In this document: one piece after another, positions 47,972 to 57,057 of the stretch
Numbering within the stretch: position 1 is the first letter of the stretch
Layout: the number at the start of each line of letters is the position of its first letter
Assembly: GCA_964434325.1 (NCBI GenBank)
Contig: CAYSUO010000001.1
Span: forward strand, 16,513 to 80,512
From: an uncultured Ruminococcus sp.
GTDB taxonomy: Bacteria; Bacillota; Clostridia; Oscillospirales; CAG-272
Reading direction: 5' to 3'
DNA: 64,000 bases
Translations under genes and position numbers: made by a program
The notes under the pieces: generated by a model
What the model saw: the letters and a program-made list of their open reading frames with translations, nothing else
Told to the model about the DNA's origin: nothing
Database searches by the model: none

Positions 47972-48016
47972 ACGGTAGAAGCAAAGAAAAATCTCTGCTT
48001 CTACCGTAATTTTTTC
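47972..48016 (+). terminator. intrinsic terminator after ftsZ
   Basis: 12-bp perfect stem ACGGTAGAAGCA/TGCTTCTACCGT followed by AATTTTTT. Confidence 0.8.
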
Positions 48017-48328
48017 GTTTTAATTTTATTTTTCGTTTTATCGACGTTTCAAAGATAGACGTACCCTTGTACGTCTATCGCTTATCAGCCGTCGATTTCT
48101 ACTCTAAATCCGTCAAGCCTCCGCGTATGTGTCTCATTAAAAATTCAATGAAAACAAGGTTTTTGTTGATAAACCACGGTTTCACAAATTACAATTCGGG
48201 CGGCTTTGCTCAATTTAAAAGTAAACAATTCCGTTGTAGGTTTGAAGTGCCGAAAAGCTTATATTTTTTGAGTTTTCGCTGTTTGAAGCCGCAAAATATC
48301 GGAATAGTGCACTTTTTTCTCGGCATTC

Positions 48329-48396
48329 TTTTGACATTTTTGAGGGTGCGCTCGAGGTTTTCCACAGTTTTGACATTTCGAGAGAAGTTTTCCACA
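48329..48396 (+). repeat. imperfect tandem unit TTTTGACATTT-N-GTTTTCCACAG x2
   Basis: TTTTGACATTT at 48329 and 48368. TTTTCCACA at 48358 and 48388. Other diverged repeated words (GTTTGAAG.GCCG.AAAA, GTGCCGAAAA, TTTTCGCT) lie nearby. Confidence 0.6.
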
Positions 48397-48515
48397 GCTA
48401 TCAACAAGCTTTTTCGACCGTGCCGAAAAAGTGTAATTTTAAATTTTCGCTCGCAAAGAGCATTGAATTTTAGTTTAAATACACTATTTTCATCATCGCA
48501 AAAGTACTTATTTCT

Positions 48516-48552
48516 ACAAAAAAACAGATGCAGTCGTATGACCACACCTGTT
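48516..48552 (-). terminator. intrinsic terminator after the 35-aa ORF / mreB-like unit
   Basis: On the minus strand: stem ACAGGTG/CATCTGT (one G-U pair) followed by TTTTTTTG. Confidence 0.6.
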
Positions 48553-48585
48553 TTATTCTTCCCTGCTCCATTGCAAGCCTGAGGC

Positions 48586-48693
48586 TTATACAAGATATAC
48601 AAGAATGCCGAAAACGACACCCGCTATCATCAGCGCCGCCAAAACGCCAGCCATAACCTGAGCGAATATTTTTTTCTTCTCTGCCTTTTTCAT
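48586..48693 (-). CDS. 35-aa single-TM peptide MKKAEKKKIFAQVMAGVLAALMIAGVVFGILVYLV
   Basis: Not in the ORF track (below the size cutoff). GAAGGGG RBS 6 nt upstream of the ATG. Lys-rich N-terminus plus a hydrophobic helix. 34 nt downstream of the mreB-like stop. Confidence 0.45.
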   Translation of the reverse strand: MKKAEKKKIFAQVMAGVLAALMIAGVVFGILVYLV

Positions 48694-48727
48694 AAAAACC
48701 CCTTCAAATAAATTTACGTTATATTAC

Positions 48728-49759
48728 TTATTTTTTTTGATTTCTCGTTTCATAATACTTTGGAAGCCGATTGCTGATATTGACGTTATTGGAGCGCATT
48801 TTTATCGGCATAATGTTATTTATTCGTGATAAGCCTTTTGCGACGCAATCTATGGGCTTTTCCGCGAGCGTTACAGAAATGCCAAACACCTTGCTCATCA
48901 TTTTATCAAGTCCGAAAAGCTCCGCGCCACCGCCCGACAAGACGATACCGTTTTCAAAAACCTCGGCAACTATCTCTAACGGAATTTTTTTTATGATATT
49001 GGCTATCCCCAAGAGGAGCCCTTGGAGCGGCTTTTCAAAAACGCCTACAACGTCCTCCGTAGATATACTCATTTTGACCTTGCTACCCGTTAAAGCAAGA
49101 GTTCCCTCTATATCTATGCTCTCCGAAGCTCTCCCCTGCCAAACGGCGCCAAGGTGCTCCTTTATCATTCGCGAAACAAGCAAGGAAACGTTCATATCGC
49201 CCTGTTCGAGGATATGATCCTTGACAGCCTTGTCGAAGTCCTCGCCTCCCACCGACTCGCGTTGCGCAATAACAACCTTGCCTTTATTGAGAACGGCTAT
49301 CTCCGTTGACGAAGCGCCGACGTTGATTGAAATGGCGCTGATGTTGGGAGAATACCCCGCGCCTATCAAAGCCGCTATGGAGCGCTTTACGAAGTACACT
49401 TCATCGACTCCCACATCGGCGAGCATTTTTGACATTTCGCTCTCCTGCTTGGAGAGAAAATCGGCGGGCACCCCCATAACGCATCTTATCTTGTCGGCGG
49501 GCTTCACTATTTTTATAAAGCTGTTGATGACCTCTTGGGTGATCTCGGAGGAATAGAGCAAACCGTTTTTAAAGGGTCTGACCAGCATACCGTCGCCAAC
49601 CGTATCGCTGTCCGAATACACGGCTTTATTACCGACGGAAACTATCTTGCGGGACAGTTTATCGACAAGGACGACCGAAGGCTCGCGATATACTTCCGCT
49701 GTAACGTTGCTTAGGGTTATATTGGCGTAACCCAGATCAAGACCTATCTTAGTCGTCAT
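48728..49759 (-). CDS. divergent MreB/Mbl-family actin-like ATPase
   Basis: IGLDLGYANI, REPSVV and VLSGGGAELFGLDKMMS match the MreB phosphate/adenosine motifs. Start trimmed to ATG 49759 after AAAGGAG. Confidence 0.75.
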   Translation of the reverse strand: MTTKIGLDLGYANITLSNVTAEVYREPSVVLVDKLSRKIVSVGNKAVYSDSDTVGDGMLVRPFKNGLLYSSEITQEVINSFIKIVKPADKIRCVMGVPADFLSKQESEMSKMLADVGVDEVYFVKRSIAALIGAGYSPNISAISINVGASSTEIAVLNKGKVVIAQRESVGGEDFDKAVKDHILEQGDMNVSLLVSRMIKEHLGAVWQGRASESIDIEGTLALTGSKVKMSISTEDVVGVFEKPLQGLLLGIANIIKKIPLEIVAEVFENGIVLSGGGAELFGLDKMMSKVFGISVTLAEKPIDCVAKGLSRINNIMPIKMRSNNVNISNRLPKYYETRNQKK

Positions 49760-49832
49760 AGCCGCTCCTTTCAAACCGTTTTATTTATTCATTATACTAT
49801 ATTTAAGTCTAAAATTCAAGTATATTTTAAAA

Positions 49833-52043
49833 TTAAAGGCTTGGCGACGAAGAAATTCGTTCTCCGAGCGTCGTATATCGCAATATATGCCGATTATTTC
49901 GGACCATGAAGCTCGGCGCGTCGCTTCTTCCAACAAGAATGACCATTTTCTTCGCTCTTGTGACCGCCGTATAAAGTAGGTTGCGCGTCATGAGCATGGG
50001 AGCGCAAAAATACATGGGAATAATGACCACGGGATATTCGCTCCCCTGGCTTTTATGGACGGTTATCGCGTAGGCGAGCTCGAGCTCGTCAAGCATATCG
50101 AAGGTATAGACGGCGTATCTATCATCGAAGCGTATTCCCATTTCTTCGCGAGCGGTATTTATGGTCTCTATGACACCGATATCACCATTGAAAACGCCGT
50201 TCCCCGTCTTGCCGTTTTTCTTCCACTCAATTTCATAGTTGTTGGAGATCTGCATGACGCGATCCCCTTCCCTGAAAACAGTACCGTGTGCAGCTCGTTC
50301 GTTTTTAAATTTCATCGGCGGATTTATCTTTTGTTGCAGCTCGGCATTCAATGTCTCCACGCCGCCGACGCCTTTTTTAGACGGGGTTATAACTTGTATC
50401 ATATCTCGTATTGTCTGACCGTATTTTTTGGGCAAGCGCTCGGTTATAAGAGAGGCTATCGTAGACGGTATCATTTTTTCATCCTCACGCCTCACAAAGA
50501 AGAAATCGCCGTCTACCGAATTAAGAGTCGGGGCTTGACCGAGATTTATTTTATGAGCATTCGTCACGATGAGGCTTTCTTTCGATTGCCTGAATATTTC
50601 GTTCAGGCGCACCGTCTTAATGTGCGACGAATTTATAAGATCCGAAAAAACGTTGCCAGCTCCAACGCTTGGAAGCTGATCCGCGTCGCCAATAAGTATA
50701 AGCCTTGCGCCACGTTTTAGCGCTAAGAGCAATGCCTCGAAAAGAGACAAATCCATCATGGATGCTTCATCAACTATTATCACGTCTTCATCGATGGTAT
50801 TGATTGCATTTTTGCCAAAACGGAGCCTGTTCATCTTTCCGCGCTCCATTTCAAGCATCCTGTGTATAGTACGCGCTTCCTCCGCGGTAGAGTCGCTCAT
50901 TCTTTTAGCGGCTCTTCCCGTAGGAGCAGTCAAAGCGCATTTCTTTCCAAGGCTTCCAAAAATGGAGATAAGGGCCTTCACTATTGTAGTTTTCCCCGTT
51001 CCAGGCCCACCCGTTATTATCATAACGCCAGAATAAAAGGCTTCCGTTATTGCGCGCTTTTGAAGCTCGGCATAGCTTATACCGAAGCTGCTTTCCGCCT
51101 TATTTATCAAAAACGCTATGTCTGTATCGGGAAGTACGGTTATGCTCTTATTTAAAACGCTAAGCTTTTTCAATATGTTCTCTTCTGTTTCATTGACCTC
51201 TTTGGTCATAATAAAGCGCACCTCACCTATATCGTACGCAACCAAGCTTCCATCTTGAATGAAGCTATCCACCAGCTCATCCAGCTTTGCTCTATCGAGG
51301 GACAGAAGCTCCACGGCAGCTGCCACGAGTTTGTCCTTAGGTAGACAGGTGTGACCATTGATGTTTGCATTATAATTTAAGAGGCACGTTAAACCGCTTA
51401 TGACGCGAAATTCCGAATCACTCTTAACGGATAACGATTTTGCAAGCGCGTCCGCCTTTTCAAAACTTATGCCAAAATCGCTATCGCAAAGCACGTAAGG
51501 ATTTTCTTTGATAATGCCAACGGCATCTTGACCGAGCGCCTTATAGACGCGCGTCACTTCCGCACTACCTATAAAGTCGCGACAGAAAAGCATAATGCCA
51601 CGAATACCGCTTTGCTCACGAAAGGATTCTGATATTGCCGCCGCTTTTTTCATCGTAATACCAGGGACGTCGGTAAGCCACTCGGGGTGATTTTCTATAA
51701 CGTCAAAAGTATTCTCGGCAAATCTATTAACTATGCGCTGAGCCGTAACGGGACCTATACCTTTAACGGTGCGCGAGGAAAGGTATTGTAAAATCCCATC
51801 TACGCCGACGGGAAGGGCTTTTTCAAAAGAAGTAAAGGCAAACTGCTTTCCAAATTCTTTGTGAAACGTCCAATTTCCGCGAAGAGTTACGCTTTCGCCC
51901 TCCGAGGGCATCGGGATAGTTCCCACCGCGGTTATAAGCGAGCTATCGCTATCAACTATTTCAAGCACCGAGTAATCGTTAGCTTCGTTTTTATATACGA
52001 CGTTTTCAATTACACCGACGACGATCTCTTCGGTCGACTTCAC
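49833..52043 (-). CDS. recD2: SF1B ATP-dependent RecD2-like DNA helicase
   Basis: Walker A GGPGTGKTT, DEASM, and the C-terminal TVHKSQGSE motif. Start set to GTG 52043 after GGAGGTG. Confidence 0.9.
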   Translation of the reverse strand: MKSTEEIVVGVIENVVYKNEANDYSVLEIVDSDSSLITAVGTIPMPSEGESVTLRGNWTFHKEFGKQFAFTSFEKALPVGVDGILQYLSSRTVKGIGPVTAQRIVNRFAENTFDVIENHPEWLTDVPGITMKKAAAISESFREQSGIRGIMLFCRDFIGSAEVTRVYKALGQDAVGIIKENPYVLCDSDFGISFEKADALAKSLSVKSDSEFRVISGLTCLLNYNANINGHTCLPKDKLVAAAVELLSLDRAKLDELVDSFIQDGSLVAYDIGEVRFIMTKEVNETEENILKKLSVLNKSITVLPDTDIAFLINKAESSFGISYAELQKRAITEAFYSGVMIITGGPGTGKTTIVKALISIFGSLGKKCALTAPTGRAAKRMSDSTAEEARTIHRMLEMERGKMNRLRFGKNAINTIDEDVIIVDEASMMDLSLFEALLLALKRGARLILIGDADQLPSVGAGNVFSDLINSSHIKTVRLNEIFRQSKESLIVTNAHKINLGQAPTLNSVDGDFFFVRREDEKMIPSTIASLITERLPKKYGQTIRDMIQVITPSKKGVGGVETLNAELQQKINPPMKFKNERAAHGTVFREGDRVMQISNNYEIEWKKNGKTGNGVFNGDIGVIETINTAREEMGIRFDDRYAVYTFDMLDELELAYAITVHKSQGSEYPVVIIPMYFCAPMLMTRNLLYTAVTRAKKMVILVGRSDAPSFMVRNNRHILRYTTLGERISSSPSL

Positions 52044-52073
52044 GAGCTCACCTCCACAAAAAACGATACAAAA

Positions 52074-52102
52074 AGTATACCACATAACGGCGTTTTTTTC
52101 AA
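52074..52102 (-). promoter_or_regulatory. recD2 promoter TTGAAA-17-(TGg)TATACT
   Basis: On the minus strand: TTGAAA 52097-52102 and TATACT 52074-52079. Confidence 0.5.
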
Positions 52103-52313
52103 CACAAAAACGTTAATTTATTTACAAAAGAACAAAATGCTTTTTGCCGTTGTGCTTATCCGCATTTTCGCGCTTGCGGAATAGTAAATTTGAACTTTGA
52201 GAAGCGCCACTTAGGCAATAAATGATTCAGCCCTCGCCGAGGATCGACGAGAGCCGAACGATGTATCGAACTGAAATGCACTTACGACAAATGTAAAATG
52301 CTATTCAAAATAA

Positions 52314-53498
52314 TCATTGACTGCAAAGCTCGCGCAGCTTGTCCGCGATATCGCAAAGCTCCCATTTAACGCCGAGCTCTTCCCTGCCCATTTGACCGTA
52401 AGCGGCGAGCTCTTTGTATATGGGCTTTCTGAGATCGAATTTTTTGATTATGGCGGCTGGACGAAGATCAACCAAGGTGTTGACCGCCTCGGAGATTTTT
52501 TCTTCGGAAACGGTCGATGTACCGAAGGTATCTATCATAACGGAAACAGGGCGCGCTATTCCTATGGCGTACGCTATCTGAACCTCGCACTTTTTGGCAA
52601 GCCCCGCCTTAACAATATTTTTAGCCACGTATCGCGCCGCATAGGAAGCGCTTCTATCCACCTTAGTGGGATCCTTGCCAGAAAAAGCGCCGCCTCCGTG
52701 GCGGGAATACCCGCCGTAGGTATCAACGATTATCTTGCGCCCCGTAAGTCCCGTATCGCCAGCTGGGCCGCCTATAACGAAGCGCCCCGTGGGGTTTACA
52801 TGTACATTCATCTTGCCATCGATAAGCGAGGACGGTATCACGGGGAAAATTACCTGTTCTATTATATCCTTTCTAATCGTCGCCGCATCAACGTCGGCAC
52901 TGTGCTGTGATGAGATGACGACGGTGTCCACTCTTGTCGGAACCCCGTCCGTGTATTCAACAGTAACCTGAGTTTTTCCGTCGGGGCGAAGATACGAAAG
53001 CTTTCCTCTTTTTCTAACCTCGGTCAATCTCTTTGCGAGCTTATGTGCAAGTGAGATGGGAAGTGGCATAAGCTCTTCGGTTTCGTCACAGGCATAGCCA
53101 AACATTAAGCCTTGGTCGCCAGCGCCCGTATCGAGCTCATCCACCATCGTCCCTTCCTTTGCCTCGCGGCATTTATCGACGCCGAGAGCAATGTCAGCGC
53201 TCTGCTCATGTATAGAGCTCAAAACGGCGCACGTTGTTGCATCGAAGCCATATTTTGCTCTATCGTAGCCAATTTCCGCAACCGTATCTCTAACGATTCT
53301 TTGTATATCAACGCGCGCCTTGGTCGTAATCTCTCCCATAACCGTTATTATACCCGTTGTGGCGAAGGTCTCACAGGCTACGCGGCTGTTGGGATCCTGT
53401 TTCAGCATCTCATCGAGTATCGCGTCTGATATTTTATCGCATATCTTATCGGGATGCCCCTCAGTTACAGACTCCGAGGTAAATAAAATCTTTTTCAT
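52314..53498 (-). CDS. metK: S-adenosylmethionine synthase
   Basis: [14 protein letters not shown]-terminus and [15 protein letters not shown] motifs. Confidence 0.95.
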   Translation of the reverse strand: MKKILFTSESVTEGHPDKICDKISDAILDEMLKQDPNSRVACETFATTGIITVMGEITTKARVDIQRIVRDTVAEIGYDRAKYGFDATTCAVLSSIHEQSADIALGVDKCREAKEGTMVDELDTGAGDQGLMFGYACDETEELMPLPISLAHKLAKRLTEVRKRGKLSYLRPDGKTQVTVEYTDGVPTRVDTVVISSQHSADVDAATIRKDIIEQVIFPVIPSSLIDGKMNVHVNPTGRFVIGGPAGDTGLTGRKIIVDTYGGYSRHGGGAFSGKDPTKVDRSASYAARYVAKNIVKAGLAKKCEVQIAYAIGIARPVSVMIDTFGTSTVSEEKISEAVNTLVDLRPAAIIKKFDLRKPIYKELAAYGQMGREELGVKWELCDIADKLRELCSQ

Positions 53499-53662
53499 TT
53501 TATATCTCCATTCCGCCGCAAATGCGGCACAAAATTTTAACTTTTTAAAGAAGAGCTGCGCTTCGCGACTTTACGACAAGATATTTGCCACAAAAGCAAC
53601 CTAGCTTGCTTCACTGAAATATATGACATAATCGACGCAAGAACACGGGAAAGCGCTCGCCA

Positions 53663-53797
53663 CGACAAAATAAAAGCTCGGAAATGCAAAAACAATTCCG
53701 AGACAGAAGCAAACTCATCTGTCAGGAATTGGCACCTTATACAAAGTATAGGTTGTCGGGCTTCACAGGGCCAGTCCCTCCGCCGCTCTTGATAAGT
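53663..53797 (-). promoter_or_regulatory. SAM-I (S-box) riboswitch with terminator expression platform
   Basis: On the minus strand: CTTATCAAGAGCGGCGGAGGGACTGGCCCTGTGAAGCCCGACAACC...AAGGTGCCAATTCCTGACAGATGAG, then terminator CTCGGAA/TTCCGAG + CTTTTATTTTG. Confidence 0.9.
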
Positions 53798-53810
53798 TTT
53801 ATTTTATATC

Positions 53811-53839
53811 AGTATAGCATATTGCAACAAAAAAATCAA
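53811..53839 (-). promoter_or_regulatory. metK promoter TTGATT-17-(TGc)TATACT
   Basis: On the minus strand: TTGATT 53834-53839 and TATACT 53811-53816, about 14 nt upstream of riboswitch P1. Confidence 0.6.
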
Positions 53840-54034
53840 TAGTTTCACAAAAAACGATATTGGTTTTCAAAAAATATCGAAGCGTTTAAAGGTTTATGAA
53901 TTTAAAACGTCTTACAAGCTTGTCGGTGCTTCTAAATGCAAAGCGAGAATTGATATTTAGCAAAGCCATAATTCTGCTTAGAAATATGTAGTGAATTTGA
54001 AGAATACATTATGTCGGCGATGTGCTTCAATGGC

Positions 54035-55273
54035 TTATATTATCACGTGCTTAGGCAGACCGTTCTCGTATTCTATTTCAGGCTCTCCGAGGATTAATGG
54101 CCTTAAATATTCTATTCCCTCGGTGCTTATTCCATTGCCACCCAAATTGATAAATTCCGCTGGAACACGCTTAACGGCGTTTGCAATTTGAGAAATATCG
54201 GCAGAATCAATGTAGACGGAATAGGGCGCATCTTGGACGCGGTTTATCGTCATCATTACGCCGCTTTTTCCGTCTATGGCGGCGAAGACGGCGCCTCGAC
54301 CAACCATGACGGCTTCGTCGAGATCGGTTTTTGAAGCGATATGTGCGGCGCAACGTTGCGTAAGGCTCAATTCGATTGAGCGCGCTTTACAGCCGATACG
54401 CTCTTTAACGATGCTTTCGAGCACTCTGCCCGCCCCTGAAAGAGGCACGTGACCAAAGACGTCCGTTTTACGCCCCGCGTTATTTGCACCGACGTAGGTT
54501 CCGTCCGAAAATTTTATTCCTTCGGAAACGGCGACGAGAACGGCGGGATGAGTCTCAAACGCCCTGTATATATCTGAAACGAAGCGTTCGGCGTCAAAGG
54601 CGACCTCGGGAAGATATATCAGATCGGGAGCCATTCCACCTGAGACGGACGTAAGCGAAGATGCCGCGGTCAACCAGCCTGCATCGCGCCCCATTATTTC
54701 AACGATGGTGACGGCACGCATGGTATATACGGATATATCGCGAAGTATTTCTTTGACGCTTGTGGCGACGAATTTTGCCGCGGAACCGAAGCCTGGGGTA
54801 TGGTCTGTGAGCACGAGATCGTTATCGATGGTTTTGGGGATACCGACGACGCGAAGCGGATAATTTCCTGCCTCGGCGTATTGCGAGAGCTTCAAGACGG
54901 TGTCCATTGAATCGTTTCCGCCAATATAAAAGAAATAATGAACGTTATACTTCTTCAACACCTCGATAACGCGGCGAAACGTGGGCTCATCGGCTTCGAT
55001 GCTGCCAAGCTTTCGGCGGCACGAACCGAGCGCCGCGGACGGGGTGTGCTCGAGTGTGGTGAGCTCATCGGTGTCCGAGAAGCGCTCCGTGAGATCGACG
55101 AGTTGCTCTGAAAGTAGCCCCTCTATGCCGTTTCTCATTCCGTAGAGCCTGTCTATCAAGCCTTTTTCGCGCGCCTTAAAGGCTCCCCTTATGACGCCCG
55201 AAAGCGTGGCATTGATAGCCGCAGTCGGTCCGCCCGATTGTCCTACTATTGCATTTCCTATTAAAGCTTCCAT
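54035..55273 (-). CDS. pfp: pyrophosphate-dependent 6-phosphofructokinase (PFK family, PPi-type residues)
   Basis: GGNDS (Asp at the position that is Gly in ATP-PFK GGDGS) and PKTIDND (Lys instead of Gly). Confidence 0.8.
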   Translation of the reverse strand: MEALIGNAIVGQSGGPTAAINATLSGVIRGAFKAREKGLIDRLYGMRNGIEGLLSEQLVDLTERFSDTDELTTLEHTPSAALGSCRRKLGSIEADEPTFRRVIEVLKKYNVHYFFYIGGNDSMDTVLKLSQYAEAGNYPLRVVGIPKTIDNDLVLTDHTPGFGSAAKFVATSVKEILRDISVYTMRAVTIVEIMGRDAGWLTAASSLTSVSGGMAPDLIYLPEVAFDAERFVSDIYRAFETHPAVLVAVSEGIKFSDGTYVGANNAGRKTDVFGHVPLSGAGRVLESIVKERIGCKARSIELSLTQRCAAHIASKTDLDEAVMVGRGAVFAAIDGKSGVMMTINRVQDAPYSVYIDSADISQIANAVKRVPAEFINLGGNGISTEGIEYLRPLILGEPEIEYENGLPKHVII

Positions 55274-55433
55274 TTTTCTTGCGCCGTGGGCGCTCTCCTG
55301 TTTTTGTATCGAATATTTGAGCCTCGTGTTGGGCTTATAATAATAGCATCTATGTATTTGAAACCGTTATTTATCATAGCTATTTCCGCGCGTGAAAGGA
55401 CGCGAATGGCGCTAACTCGACGTTAGCTCCTCT

Positions 55434-55462
55434 ATTGTAGCATATATCGTCGATTTTTTCAA
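55434..55462 (-). promoter_or_regulatory. pfp promoter TTGAAA-17-(TGc)TACAAT overlapping the stop codon of the upstream gene
   Basis: On the minus strand: TTGAAA 55457-55462 and TACAAT 55434-55439. Confidence 0.55.
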
Positions 55463-56010
55463 TCCTTTTTCTCAAATTCATCAAGGCGCGCGAGGTCAAG
55501 GCGGGAAAGGACGGCTTTAAGATAAGCGCTCCGATCAAAACCATAATCGGAAAAATAGGCGTGCTCCCAGAGGTCTATCGCAAGGCACGGGCTTTCTCTT
55601 GAAAAAATATTGCCAAGCTGGGTGGCGAACGCGAATTCGACGGCTTTGCGAGCGTTTATCCAGACGAGGATAAAGCCCACGTGATCACTCTCCTCTATCG
55701 AACGCGCGAGCTCATACAAAAAAGTCGCTTCCGAGCCAAACTGTGCCGAGAGCGTTTTCGCTCGCGCCCTGTTTTCCGAAAAGGAAGAAAAAAACAGCTT
55801 GTGGGCGAGTATATCGGAGTACATTTCGGCGGCGCGCCGCTTGACGGCGTGCGGAAGCCGCAATCGAGATATCTCACCCACCTCCGTATCGGCGAGTTGC
55901 GGAAAGCTTTTAACGAGAACGGAATACCTGAGTTGAAGCCGACGATAATGCTCCTCGTGCCTCAAAATGCTTTCGGCGGAAACTATGTTTTTTAAAGCTG
56001 AATCACGCAT
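55459..56010 (-). CDS. Fe/Mn superoxide dismutase-like protein (divergent)
   Basis: C-terminal DLWEHAYF matches the SOD DxWEHAYY metal-ligand motif, and AHKLFF aligns with NHSLFW. Start set to ATG 56010 after GGAGGGG. Confidence 0.6.
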   Translation of the reverse strand: MRDSALKNIVSAESILRHEEHYRRLQLRYSVLVKSFPQLADTEVGEISRLRLPHAVKRRAAEMYSDILAHKLFFSSFSENRARAKTLSAQFGSEATFLYELARSIEESDHVGFILVWINARKAVEFAFATQLGNIFSRESPCLAIDLWEHAYFSDYGFDRSAYLKAVLSRLDLARLDEFEKKD

Positions 56011-56087
56011 TGACCCCTCCAATTACAACGAAGATCGTTTTACTTAAAAAATATGTCAATGCGCCGCAAAGCGTTAAAAGCTACGCG

Positions 56088-56975
56088 TTATTCGTTGATG
56101 AGTTCGGCTTCCGTGAACGTGTATTCCGCGTTGCAGAAGCGGCAGACCGCCGTCAGCTCACGCGGCTTTCCCTCCGCCTCCTGCTCATCGAGCATCGCCA
56201 ATAGCTCGCGGCTTCCAAGAGAAAGAATTTTCGTTTTCATTCTTTTGCGTGAGCAATCGCACTTATACTCGACCTCCAAGGTATCGAAAACGTCGTAGGG
56301 AACGTCGCGCATGGCTATGTCGGCAATTTCCTTGTTGGAAAGTCCCTTCTCGAAATATCGCGATATATTGCTAAGATCAGCCGCATTTCGCTCTATCGCA
56401 TCCACCGTTTTCTCGTCGGGAAAAGGCAAAAGCTGAACGAGCACACCGCCCGCGGCGCGGCAAGTATAATCGCGCTCCACGAGAACGCCGAGCGAGAGCA
56501 CGGTTGGAATCTGCTCGCTTATTGCAAAATAGCGAGCTAAGTCCTCGGCTATCTCACCGCTGGTTATCTCGACGGTGCCCGTTTGCGGTTCATCGTTGCC
56601 AACATCCTTGACAACGGAAAGCGTACCGCGCCCTACTGCGGCACCTACGTCGAGCTTTCCATTGAGCTTTCGAGGCGGATCGCAAGTGGGATTGGCGATA
56701 TATCCCTTGACGTTGCCGAAATAATCGGAAACGCCGATTATTTTGCCAGCAGCTCCGTCCCCCGAAAAGCTCACGGTGACGCTATCGCCCTTTTCGGGAA
56801 GCATTGTTCCAATCATCGAGGCGGCTGTCAGCGTTCTTCCGAGAGCCGCGGTAGCCGTCGGACTCGTTCGATGCGCGGCTATCATCGAATTGACGATGGC
56901 GGTTGAATTTATAACAAGTATCCGCGCCGAGCCGTCTTTCGTAATCGCGCGCAAAACGGTAGATCTTTCGTTCAT
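56088..56975 (-). CDS. hslO: redox-regulated chaperone Hsp33
   Basis: C-terminal zinc centre CDCS...CRFC and overall Hsp33 pattern. Confidence 0.9.
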   Translation of the reverse strand: MNERSTVLRAITKDGSARILVINSTAIVNSMIAAHRTSPTATAALGRTLTAASMIGTMLPEKGDSVTVSFSGDGAAGKIIGVSDYFGNVKGYIANPTCDPPRKLNGKLDVGAAVGRGTLSVVKDVGNDEPQTGTVEITSGEIAEDLARYFAISEQIPTVLSLGVLVERDYTCRAAGGVLVQLLPFPDEKTVDAIERNAADLSNISRYFEKGLSNKEIADIAMRDVPYDVFDTLEVEYKCDCSRKRMKTKILSLGSRELLAMLDEQEAEGKPRELTAVCRFCNAEYTFTEAELINE

Positions 56976-57057
56976 GCTCTTCTCCTTTGCCGCTATCGCG
57001 GCATAATTTCATTTCTTTAATAAGCTCTTAGAATTTTTTTGATACAAATAAGCGTGC

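Noticed and set aside
48164-48396. DnaA-box-like motifs as a replication origin
   Set aside because: Only two good one-mismatch boxes plus one or two weaker ones, with no dnaA/dnaN/rpmH context and no obvious AT-rich unwinding element. At most a secondary DnaA-box cluster, so not called as oriC.
48067-48620. 171-aa (+) and 136-aa (-) ORFs downstream of ftsZ
   Set aside because: Phe/Lys/Arg/Cys-rich nonsense-like composition, no RBS, mutually overlapping on opposite strands, and partly generated by tandem DNA repeats. Kept as a non-coding region of interest.
50055-50720. 221-aa ORF antisense to recD2 (and the similar 197-aa ORF 52317-52910 antisense to metK, and 153-aa ORF 21995-22456 antisense to the PBP)
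   Set aside because: Shadow ORFs inside conserved genes, with no independent support.
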